From IMG/VR virus record IMGVR_UViG_3300045988_127310: DNA of 64,000 nt. One strand, written 5' to 3'. This document shows positions 18,987 through 27,319 of this stretch, piece after piece. A program made the position numbers and the translations under genes. A model generated the notes under the pieces. The model was not told where the DNA came from, searched no databases, and saw only the letters and a program-made list of their open reading frames with translations. Positions within the stretch are counted from its first letter, which is position 1; every line of letters starts with the position of its first letter. Source of the DNA: a virus.

Positions 18987-19906
18987 GCCGTAATTTTCTT
19001 TAGTTGTGAATACCTTAATCGTCGTTTGGTATTCTGCAAAAATACATCGAATCTTTCAGATTCCGATAGATGTTTCGTGTTATATCTGAAAGATTCGCAA
19101 TCTACATATCTTTGAAGATGTTTTCTCGACACCCAGAAATGGGTTCCAGAAATCATTTTCTTCAAATGGCTCCAATATCCTTCGATTGTGTTTGTTGATC
19201 TTCTGCCTATTACATACGCTCCCTTTTTGTGATATACTTTTTGATGATCAAACTTTTCTTTGTCGATCCCGTTATACGCATACCATTCGTCAGAATATAT
19301 GGTAGAATTAGGATGAACGGTATTGTATATCAAAGGAAGTAAGGTTTTACCTTTTGTGTCTGTAACGACATAAGTGACAACAAATCCTTCTCGTTGGAGT
19401 GTCCCAAACACAGGGGTTTTATCTTTTAAAGATCTCCCCTGTGCATCTTTAACTTTATCCTTACTATGTCTATTCTTGTTTTTGCCACCAATATAAGTTT
19501 CATCCACTTCAATCTCGCCTTTCAAACACGGCTCTTTTATTTCAATACTAAAACAATTGTGAATACGTTGAAGCATAAACCAAGCCGTTTTCTGTGTTAC
19601 TCCCACGATTTTAGACAACTGTAAAGATGATACTCCTCTTTTCATTTCAACAACAAAATAACAAGCCAGCATCCATTTTCGTAATGAAACCTTTGAATTT
19701 TCAAAAATCGTTCCTGTACGAACATTGAAGTATTTACCCGTGTTTTTACACTTGTACCTATTTCCTTTGCATTTATACACCTTAGATTCCGGATCAAAAG
19801 GAGAAACAACGTGATCTCCCCACCTTTCTTTTTCAAGAAAGGTTATACACGCTTGCTCATCAGGGAACAATTTTGAAAATTCAGGAAGTGATTTAAAATC
19901 GAACAT
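18983..19906 (-). CDS. IS1595-family (ISXO2-like) DDE transposase
   Basis: 307 aa. It has an N-terminal zinc-ribbon region, then a DDE-type core with the ISXO2-like pattern (GEIEVDETYIGGK ... YSDEWYAYNG ... TNTIEGYWSHLKK). Size and motifs fit IS1595-family transposases, which are common in Bacteroides. Confidence 0.7.
   Translation of the reverse strand: MFDFKSLPEFSKLFPDEQACITFLEKERWGDHVVSPFDPESKVYKCKGNRYKCKNTGKYFNVRTGTIFENSKVSLRKWMLACYFVVEMKRGVSSLQLSKIVGVTQKTAWFMLQRIHNCFSIEIKEPCLKGEIEVDETYIGGKNKNRHSKDKVKDAQGRSLKDKTPVFGTLQREGFVVTYVVTDTKGKTLLPLIYNTVHPNSTIYSDEWYAYNGIDKEKFDHQKVYHKKGAYVIGRRSTNTIEGYWSHLKKMISGTHFWVSRKHLQRYVDCESFRYNTKHLSESERFDVFLQNTKRRLRYSQLKKITA
18983..19906 (-). mobile_element. 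IS1595-family insertion sequence core; terminal inverted repeats not delimited
   Basis: Transposase gene only. Flanking AT-rich DNA gave no clear inverted repeats or target-site duplication. Confidence 0.4.
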
Positions 19907-20075
19907 ACTTCTTATCTTTATATTGGATTATAAAAATACAAAAATATATTCATATAACCAACTAAAAATCAATTAAATTCATCGAATATCTGATTTTGAA
20001 TTATTTTTTTTTTGTTGTTAAATTTCTAATTCTTTTCTATTTTTGAGGATTGTCTAACTTTATAATACTAATATC

Positions 20076-20471
20076 ATGTACAAGGAAACTGTCAAAATTG
20101 ATTCTATAGAGTGTACCATATTTTATGATCAAGATATTAATCTACCTCAAAAACAAGAAATAGATTTTGAATTTAAAATTGAAGACGTGCCCTCATACCA
20201 ATTTAAAAATGGACAAATCAATTCTTATGTTTCGGGTAAGATTTTTGAGATCAAGTCTATTTTACCTATAGAAGGCAATATTTCAAAATCTTCTTCTTTT
20301 GCTGAAATTCCTAAATTTAATATTACTTTTGATTTTCTATATAAATTATCTCTATTTCATTTGGAAAATCACTTGAAAACGTTAGAACTTGTATATAATC
20401 ATAAATTGGATAAAGATTCAATAACCAATATTCTTAAAAAGAAATTGGATGATTTTTTTTATCATAAATAA
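20076..20471 (+). CDS. hypothetical protein (131 aa)
   Basis: ORF in the cargo islet. Overlaps the 3' end of the leftward ORF 20434..20682. Confidence 0.4.
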   Translation: MYKETVKIDSIECTIFYDQDINLPQKQEIDFEFKIEDVPSYQFKNGQINSYVSGKIFEIKSILPIEGNISKSSSFAEIPKFNITFDFLYKLSLFHLENHLKTLELVYNHKLDKDSITNILKKKLDDFFYHK

Positions 20472-20682
20472 ATTTATCATACTCTTCTTTCGATATTCTT
20501 ATGCCATCTTTAAAATAGATGGCATAAGGCGTTTTTTCTGGTATAACTACAGAAATATATCCTTTTGAATGTAATATTTTCTGAAATTTATCATTGTCAA
20601 AAAAATAATAACTTTCAAGTAAATGGATATATTCTTTATCTGTTAACCCCCAAAGACTTTGATAATCTTCTAAATGTTTCAT
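20434..20682 (-). CDS. hypothetical small protein
   Basis: Its ATG directly abuts the conserved 38-nt element at 20681-20718. Confidence 0.45.
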   Translation of the reverse strand: MKHLEDYQSLWGLTDKEYIHLLESYYFFDNDKFQKILHSKGYISVVIPEKTPYAIYFKDGIRISKEEYDKFIYDKKNHPISF

Positions 20683-20718
20683 AACTGTAATTTTTAAAAG
20701 TGAATAATTAATTGATTT
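20681..20718 (-). promoter_or_regulatory. conserved 38-nt promoter/leader element, copy A (ATAACTnTAAnTTTTAAAAnTGAATAATTAATTGA)
   Basis: 35 of 38 nt identical to 43481-43518. Both copies end exactly at a leftward ATG. Confidence 0.45.
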
Positions 20719-20720
20719 AT

Positions 20721-20760
20721 AAAAAGAAAGCGGTGATAAACTAAGTTACCACCGCTTTTA
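20721..20760 (-). terminator. rho-independent terminator for the lipoprotein/OMP transcript (AAGCGGTG/CACCGCTT)
   Basis: 8-bp stem; a T-run on the minus strand follows the lipoprotein stop. Confidence 0.55.
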
Positions 20761-20778
20761 CTATCATATTGTTTCGTA

Positions 20779-21174
20779 TTACTTTATTTTGTACATTGAG
20801 AAATCTTCAAAATCACCAGATATACAATCAAGTTTCAGCCAACCTTCTGACACCTTTACATCATAAACAATAGGTGGCTCAGGGTCACTATCAAATACAA
20901 TGACTAATCTCATTGTATTTTTATCAAAAGAGTATGTGAAAGGATCTGGGCTTTTCTTTTTGCCTTCATTGTAATATACAGTCATTACGCCTGTATCGTC
21001 ATTATAAAATGTGAGTTCGAAAAATTCATCTGCGGGGAATTGCTCTCCCCATGAACCTATTAATATGCTGTTATTGTCATTATTCACATTATCGTCGTTA
21101 CACGAAAATGTGAATAAAAGTAGCAAGGTTAATAATATATGTAGTACTTGTTTCATGTTATTGTTAAAATTCAT
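20779..21174 (-). CDS. lipoprotein (signal peptide plus lipobox FSC)
   Basis: The N-terminus MKQVLHILLTLLLLFTFSCNDD is a type II signal peptide with a lipobox cysteine. Confidence 0.65.
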   Translation of the reverse strand: MNFNNNMKQVLHILLTLLLLFTFSCNDDNVNNDNNSILIGSWGEQFPADEFFELTFYNDDTGVMTVYYNEGKKKSPDPFTYSFDKNTMRLVIVFDSDPEPPIVYDVKVSEGWLKLDCISGDFEDFSMYKIK

Positions 21175-21868
21175 ATCCTACCTTTATACTAAATCCGTTC
21201 ATGTCACCACTTCCATCTCCCCATTCTTCATCAAATGATACCTTTTGTATAGAATATCCTATACCTAAATTAACAGCTTGTTTTTTAGTAGTCATAAACC
21301 GTACACCAATAAAAGGGTTACAATACAATCCACCTTTTTTTGCATGTCTTGGTGCTTCTTTAGTATTGAACTTATACCCTATTCTTAATGCAATAAAAGG
21401 TGATATTGGACCATTTAAGGCATATCCTCTCACATCAGCAAATATAGGTATGCTTACTGTTGAATAATCGGTCATATAGTGTATGCCGGTTCCACCTCCT
21501 ACAAATAAATACTGATTGATTTGGCTTCCATACGTGAAATATAATTCTGGACCTTTGTATCCACCTGCCCAGTATCCAAGATCAATCATAAATCTACTCC
21601 CTGTCAAATCGTACTTTTCATTGGATATCTTAAATGGAATTTTAGATTCTTTCTCTTCTTTGGTTATTTTACTGATATCTTCCATAGGGTACACAAACGT
21701 ACTACCATCAGAAGTGCGAATAGTAATTTGCTTGTCTGGTATCTGCTCGATAATAACCCCTTTTATAACACTTCCATTTTTTAAATGAATAGCTTCAACC
21801 ATTTTGTTCTGTGAGTAAGCGCATACACTACCCAATAGAACAACTAACAATAATAGATACTTTTTCAT
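21164..21868 (-). CDS. outer-membrane beta-barrel protein (Bacteroidetes OMP, porin-like)
   Basis: Signal peptide MKKYLLLLVVLLGSVCAYSQ; alternating amphipathic strands; C-terminal VGYEF aromatic terminus typical of beta-barrel OMPs. Confidence 0.65.
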   Translation of the reverse strand: MKKYLLLLVVLLGSVCAYSQNKMVEAIHLKNGSVIKGVIIEQIPDKQITIRTSDGSTFVYPMEDISKITKEEKESKIPFKISNEKYDLTGSRFMIDLGYWAGGYKGPELYFTYGSQINQYLFVGGGTGIHYMTDYSTVSIPIFADVRGYALNGPISPFIALRIGYKFNTKEAPRHAKKGGLYCNPFIGVRFMTTKKQAVNLGIGYSIQKVSFDEEWGDGSGDMNGFSIKVGYEF

Positions 21869-22363
21869 ATGAAATAATTTTGCTCTTTCTGCCTCCTTCG
21901 AAAGATTAACAAAAAAAAGAAGCGTGGAGACTATTGGATACTACCGCATTGAGGTCTTGGACTACCCTTCGCACAATAGTAAACAATAGCCCCACGCCTT
22001 ATGTCAGTATACTATTATCCCTCTTGTATAATCAGAATGCGTATACAACAACATAGGCGTAGGAGCTGTATGTCTATTATCTTGTGCGAATGAAAGTGTC
22101 CAAGTTTCAATGCAAGATAATATCTTAACGCTTCTACGTCTTTATTCTAATACGTGAGGGCAAAGATAGTTATTCTATCTAATATTTTAAAACGGCTTAA
22201 AAGGATTTAATTTGATGTAAAATGAATATTGGGAATTTTAACAGTTCGTGTTTTTGCATAAACAACAAAATATCTAAGATCATGAACAAATGCAAAAAGC
22301 CATCAAGAGAAACAGCCAGTAAAGCAGGCAAGTTATTAAGAAAGAAGATATCTTCCAAAGATG

Positions 22364-22708
22364 TTAAAACTCTTGCAGGTTACACTTTACAAGCCGCTTC
22401 CCGTCGTGGAAAAAGTAAGAGTGGTTGCCAAAAGAAAGGAAAATAAGTTCTTTAATACAAGCTTTTGGTATGGTCATTATACCAGAAGCTTGTTCTAATG
22501 TATTGGAATTACCAACAGCATAATGACCAGCTACAGATATAGATCTCTCATTTTCATGTACAACAATACCATAGCTCTCTATTTCTGATATATCTGTTTC
22601 GTAATCCTCCAGATCTACCCATGTTCTTTCTGATAGGTTGGAATCTATCCACTTAACTAATACCCGCTTGTTTAAAAGCGATTCTTTTTTATGTCTATTC
22701 TTTTTCAT
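22364..22708 (-). CDS. hypothetical protein (114 aa)
   Basis: Leftward ORF, preferred over the overlapping rightward 74-aa ORF. Confidence 0.45.
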   Translation of the reverse strand: MKKNRHKKESLLNKRVLVKWIDSNLSERTWVDLEDYETDISEIESYGIVVHENERSISVAGHYAVGNSNTLEQASGIMTIPKACIKELIFLSFGNHSYFFHDGKRLVKCNLQEF

Positions 22709-22817
22709 AACTTGTTATATTGATTTTTTAATAAACGAAAAGAGATTGTGCCAGCATTTTGACACAATCTCAATTATATGGGAATAATACTAAGGAAAGG
22801 TGTAAAGTGGTATATAA

Positions 22818-23006
22818 TTACCAAAATTTGTAACCTGGTTTTACAGCTTCCGCTTCTTCTCTCGTATCAAACATTAAGGTAGTGACAGCTCCTATGCCTT
22901 CGCAAATGTAAGACACTTTCACCCACCACCTAAAAATACCAGAACCGTAATCATCATAGTACGGCTCGGAAAGAATCTCTTCTACATACCCATCTAAATA
23001 ATTCAC
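22818..23006 (-). CDS. hypothetical small protein
   Basis: 4-nt overlap with the upstream gene. Confidence 0.35.
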   Translation of the reverse strand: MNYLDGYVEEILSEPYYDDYGSGIFRWWVKVSYICEGIGAVTTLMFDTREEAEAVKPGYKFW

Positions 23007-23725
23007 GATCTCTCCTCCTTGTTTTTAGATTCTGCCTCTTCGAGTATGCTGATCACCTTATCAACAATATCTGAATCGGATATTTTCTCAATAAAAACAT
23101 CCATTGCCTTAGTTATGTCATTGGCTTCTTTTTCTTCAAGAGCTATTTCTCCACCGGTAATAGCATCAGATAATGATGTAGATAAGTGTCTTATCTTATC
23201 AATGCTCATAAACGTAAATGGATTACCACCCCAGCCACCACCCATTTCTTTCATGATCTGATATCCACCTGAAATAAGTCTGCCTGATGTCATGGCCAAG
23301 AAGGATACGATTAGGGACAGTACCGCCGCTTCCGTCCGCTCCTCGGACGCGCCCCTCGACCACACGGCTGCCCTTATAGCGCCGGCCAGGTTGTCTATGT
23401 ATGGCATGAGGCAATCTTCCATCGCTTGTGTTATATCAGCTATAACCTCACTACGCTCTTTATTTATGTAGTAGATAGAAGCATTGTACCTCTTTATCTC
23501 TTTGTCCATATCATTTAAAAGACGCTTGATATTGTGCTTATACATAGGACTGGTTTTAATTACTTCCTTTAGCTTAAGAATGTAATTATAAGCCTGGTCG
23601 TTTACGAACAACGTCATGGTATCAACCGTAGAATGAAGCGTGTTGAGACTGTTAAGAATCTTATCGAAATTGTTTATCAAATAAGCTTTTCTGGCTTTTG
23701 CTGCATAGTTAATCATCGCATTCAA
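23003..23725 (-). CDS. hypothetical protein (240 aa)
   Basis: Colinear ORF; contains a GC-rich island at about 23290-23400. Confidence 0.55.
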   Translation of the reverse strand: MNAMINYAAKARKAYLINNFDKILNSLNTLHSTVDTMTLFVNDQAYNYILKLKEVIKTSPMYKHNIKRLLNDMDKEIKRYNASIYYINKERSEVIADITQAMEDCLMPYIDNLAGAIRAAVWSRGASEERTEAAVLSLIVSFLAMTSGRLISGGYQIMKEMGGGWGGNPFTFMSIDKIRHLSTSLSDAITGGEIALEEKEANDITKAMDVFIEKISDSDIVDKVISILEEAESKNKEERS

Positions 23726-24251
23726 ATTTTAGATTTTCAAGTTCGTGTATTTGTAACTTAAGAGACTTAATTAAATCCGTTCTCTGCTCCTCTGCATGTT
23801 TTAAAGCCTCTTCCTTGCTTTCAAAAGCACAATCCCCTATCTGATAAGGGGTGTAACGACCAGGAGTGTCGGCTAATAAAAGACCACCACAATCTTCTAT
23901 TCTGGCTTTTACCTTTCTTATTTTCCCATCTTTTAGACACATGTCCGTAACCCATACGAATTTACCATATAATTTATCATACTCTTCTAATCTCTCTTCT
24001 TGCAATTCATACCATTTAGGCTTAGGAAATCTTAATGTGAATTTAATTTCGGTATCTTTCTCTAAGACATTAATATCATACGCCTCCGGCCACAGTTCTT
24101 TTATGCTGTCTTCATCTTCAGCATACGCCACCAATACAAATGAATTATCGGATTCTGCACTACACCAATATGGATATTTTATAGGCCATTTGACTGGACG
24201 GTAGTCGTTGTCGCAGTCGGATTTTTTAATGTAAAATCTTGCTCTAATCAT
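23709..24251 (-). CDS. hypothetical protein (180 aa)
   Basis: Colinear ORF. Confidence 0.55.
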   Translation of the reverse strand: MIRARFYIKKSDCDNDYRPVKWPIKYPYWCSAESDNSFVLVAYAEDEDSIKELWPEAYDINVLEKDTEIKFTLRFPKPKWYELQEERLEEYDKLYGKFVWVTDMCLKDGKIRKVKARIEDCGGLLLADTPGRYTPYQIGDCAFESKEEALKHAEEQRTDLIKSLKLQIHELENLKFECDD

Positions 24252-25449
24252 GATTCTTTTATTCTTTTAAGTATATGTTCAATAACTTTAATAGTCCACC
24301 CGTTTCCCAACATCTTGTACTGTTGGGTTTCGCTGCATTCCCATTTATACCAATCTGGTACAGTCTGTAACCTGGAGCACTCTGTAGGGGTTAATCTTCT
24401 TATTCTGAAATCGCCATGTAATGTTCTCTGTATGATAAAATTGTTTCTATCATATGAATTACAAGATAATGTTGGAGTCTTATCTTCATGAAATCCACCT
24501 TTGTTAAATCCTCTTGGTATTTGGAAAATAAGATTATCTTTCTGAACTGTTGTGAGACAATTGGATTTTCCATCGTTTTTAAATTCAATCATCTGAACTG
24601 TTTTAAGACCAGATTCTCTACATGTAGGTTTTTCTGGATTCCTACCTCTCATTGCTACACAAATAAGATCGTACGTGTATTTACCCTTTACGGTAACAGT
24701 ATTGGATTTTTCATCTTTTGTTTTAATATTAGCTCCATAATAATTCCCCTTGTCGTGATTTCTTTTCAAGTGAAAAGCTAAATTGTTTAAAACTTTTTCA
24801 GATAAGTAATATTTTTCATCTACTTCATATTCCTCTATATCACTTATGGTCAAACCCTCGTCTTTAGGCTGAGGGATAATGCCGCCTTGAATATTAGTCC
24901 AATAAATACGTTTCCTGGTTTGAGCGGAAACAAGTGCTGAATTAATATGATTGCCTTTACACCCTATAGCATCATCGAATACCGGCTCCCATTTCTTTCC
25001 CATCTTAACGTTCTCAAGAAGAAACAACACATCAGGATTAGTTTTTCTTACATCATTCAAAATACGAATAAACTCCCAGAATAAGTAAGACTGACCGGCA
25101 AATTCAAATCCTTGTTTTTTTTTAATTCAAGATACTCATCAAGTGATTTGATTTCTATTCCTTCTACGGTAGACAACCCTTTTCTTTTTCCAGAAAAGGA
25201 CATATCTGTACATGGGCTGCCGGCTAAAATAAGATCTATGTGTCCAAGATCTTCTACATTCAAATCCCTTACATCTCCTACTTGTATCGTATTAGGGAAA
25301 TTTAATTGCGTTCGTTTAATAGCAAACTTATCTATTTCTGATGCATAATATACTTCAGGTGTGATCCCTACTTCTTTTAACGCTATTTGACCACATGACA
25401 TTCCGTCAAATAAACTTAACACTCTCATGGCATTATACACATTTTTCAA
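24248..25449 (-). pseudogene. Dcm-type DNA (cytosine-5) methyltransferase, split into two ORFs by a -1 frameshift within an A9 tract (phase-variable OFF, pseudogene, or homopolymer sequencing error)
   Basis: The N-terminal ORF carries motif I (LFDGMSCG) and the PC motif (GSPCTDMS). The C-terminal frame carries ENV (FLLENVKM), QTRKRIYW and the C-terminal RRLTPTECSRLQTVPDWY...LGNGW motifs. The frames join perfectly if the A9 run at 25115-25123 were A10. Confidence 0.8.
25115..25123 (-). repeat. homopolymeric A9 (T9 on the plus strand) tract at the methyltransferase frameshift point
   Basis: Encodes KKN in the N-terminal frame; one extra A restores a KKKQGFEFAGQSYLFWEF reading. Confidence 0.8.
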
Positions 25450-25741
25450 TTTTAATTAATTTTGATGATAGATACATATTCCATTTTCCTCTGCCTCTAT
25501 CACCTTTTTCGTTTTGTTTTTGGATTGTCAAGTACAGATCTCCGTCTTCACATACTTCAACTTTTTTCAAGAAGCCTATCATTTCATCTCCTGTTTCGTG
25601 TAAAATACGGATCTTATCTCCTTCTTTTAACCCATAATTGGAATCAAAGTATTCTTTTTTGATTCTATCAATATTGTCTTTATGTTTTTTTATAGCATAA
25701 AGCTCTTTTCTTAATAAATAATTTAGTTGTTCTATTGTCAT
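25433..25741 (-). CDS. hypothetical protein (102 aa)
   Basis: Colinear ORF. Confidence 0.5.
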   Translation of the reverse strand: MTIEQLNYLLRKELYAIKKHKDNIDRIKKEYFDSNYGLKEGDKIRILHETGDEMIGFLKKVEVCEDGDLYLTIQKQNEKGDRGRGKWNMYLSSKLIKIEKCV

Positions 25742-26295
25742 TTCTTCTCCTCCTTATTTAATGGTATTAATCCTTTCCCGTGCTTATCATACCACAGCAT
25801 AGCTATACAATTCCATGCACATTGTGCAAGATGAAAACATCCTGTATCAGAATCCACTCTTTCTCCTTTCATGTATTCTATCAGGTGTCTAAACATTGCC
25901 GCGCGATACCGTTCAAAGCCGTTGTCAAGATTCTGCCAATTATTAGGCCCATATTTCTTGGCTCCAGCATGATAGACTTTTACAATGTCCTCAATTTCTT
26001 CCATCGGAAGCAAATCCCATCGTAGTTTATCGTCAATGATGTCATTTTTCACCGATTTGTTTTCTCTGGATACTTTGACAGGAATAATACCCATAATGTC
26101 CGTTCCTATGATAAACGTCTCTCCATTGCAACAAACCTCAGCATATTCATCATCTACCTCTATGTCTGATACTGCCTCCACTATAGCTCCTCTGGCTATT
26201 TCTAATTCGGAACTGATTACATCACTTTCCAACATGCGAAAAATAGATCCTTTTGGATAAAGGATGTTTTTAGTATTATTGTCCATCTTTTCCAT
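25738..26295 (-). CDS. hypothetical protein; C-terminal half resembles an all-alpha NTP-pyrophosphohydrolase (MazG-like) domain
   Basis: C-terminal pattern RWDLLP..E...KYG.NNW...GFERYRAAMFRHL...GE..DSDTG..HLA. Assignment is tentative. Confidence 0.4.
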   Translation of the reverse strand: MEKMDNNTKNILYPKGSIFRMLESDVISSELEIARGAIVEAVSDIEVDDEYAEVCCNGETFIIGTDIMGIIPVKVSRENKSVKNDIIDDKLRWDLLPMEEIEDIVKVYHAGAKKYGPNNWQNLDNGFERYRAAMFRHLIEYMKGERVDSDTGCFHLAQCAWNCIAMLWYDKHGKGLIPLNKEEKK

Positions 26296-26339
26296 TGTTT
26301 TATCGTTGTTTTAATCGCTTGATATAATAATATAATCCA

Positions 26340-26678
26340 TCATTCTCCTGTAAAGCGGTCAAATTCTTCTCCGCTCATGACAATGCGGTTAATGATAATT
26401 ATGCCGTTATTGCTATAATTATCACTTTTAACTCCCATATCATCAAGCTCCTTCTTTAAGTCTTCAAATGTGGGACCTTTCTTGTCTTTGAAAAATAAAG
26501 TAGCATGTACAACCTTTCCATTGTTTAGTTTTACTCTCACGGTATAGACATACCCTTTTTCATCTTCATCCTTTTTATTGATATCATCAAGGATGCTATT
26601 TATCATATCCTTGTCCTCACGTGATAGGTTGGATATGGCTATTCTGCCCTTTAATCTAAATACTTCATTTTCGTTCAT
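26340..26678 (-). CDS. hypothetical protein (112 aa)
   Basis: Colinear ORF. Confidence 0.5.
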   Translation of the reverse strand: MNENEVFRLKGRIAISNLSREDKDMINSILDDINKKDEDEKGYVYTVRVKLNNGKVVHATLFFKDKKGPTFEDLKKELDDMGVKSDNYSNNGIIIINRIVMSGEEFDRFTGE

Positions 26679-26962
26679 GACTTTCTGTTTTTGTTGTTTT
26701 CAAAATATTGTCTTACGGCTTCTATGGCTTTATCATCATCAAAAGCTTCTTCAAACTCCGTGTAGAACCTATCTCGCTCCATGCAGAATGTGTTTTTTCC
26801 TTCCGGTATAGGACGGAACACAACCACCCTCTCTTTGTCGTGATTGGTTCCTATTATGTTATTGTCTAAGATAATAGAATACCTTCTTGAACTTTTGTTG
26901 ATAACAACATCATGTTGAAGACCATACAATTTAAGTATTTCCCTTAATTGATTTGTTTCCAT
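26675..26962 (-). CDS. hypothetical protein (95 aa)
   Basis: 4-nt overlap with the downstream gene. Confidence 0.5.
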   Translation of the reverse strand: METNQLREILKLYGLQHDVVINKSSRRYSIILDNNIIGTNHDKERVVVFRPIPEGKNTFCMERDRFYTEFEEAFDDDKAIEAVRQYFENNKNRKS

Positions 26963-27319
26963 TTATATTATTCCTTCCAAATTTACTTTAATAGAACCAT
27001 TTATGGTTTTAATGCTCCCATCTATGGTCGAAATCACATCATCTATATCATTTATAATACTTTCCATGTCATCAACCACCTCCTCCATATCAGTTACAGC
27101 CTGATCTGACTCCCAATATCTTTCTGAGTCTTGTAACGATTCCGGTATATTATCTCTCGCCTCAGTCTCTTCGTCTAAAATCATATCAACATCATCTTTG
27201 GCTGAATTTATGTTGCACTTCAACTCCGACAACTTTGATTTGATGTATTCAAAATCCGTTTTATACTTATTTACGTTGTTAATAACATCCAATATTTTTT
27301 TTCTTCTCTTGTTGTTCAT
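26963..27319 (-). CDS. hypothetical acidic protein (118 aa)
   Basis: Colinear ORF; Asp/Glu-rich. Confidence 0.5.
   Translation of the reverse strand: MNNKRRKKILDVINNVNKYKTDFEYIKSKLSELKCNINSAKDDVDMILDEETEARDNIPESLQDSERYWESDQAVTDMEEVVDDMESIINDIDDVISTIDGSIKTINGSIKVNLEGII

Noticed and set aside
19045-19988. 8-nt direct repeat CATCGAAT at 19045-19052 and 19981-19988, as a possible IS1595 target-site duplication
   Set aside because: The left copy lies about 60 nt inside the transposase ORF's 3' end, and an 8-mer match in AT-rich DNA over this span is not improbable by chance.
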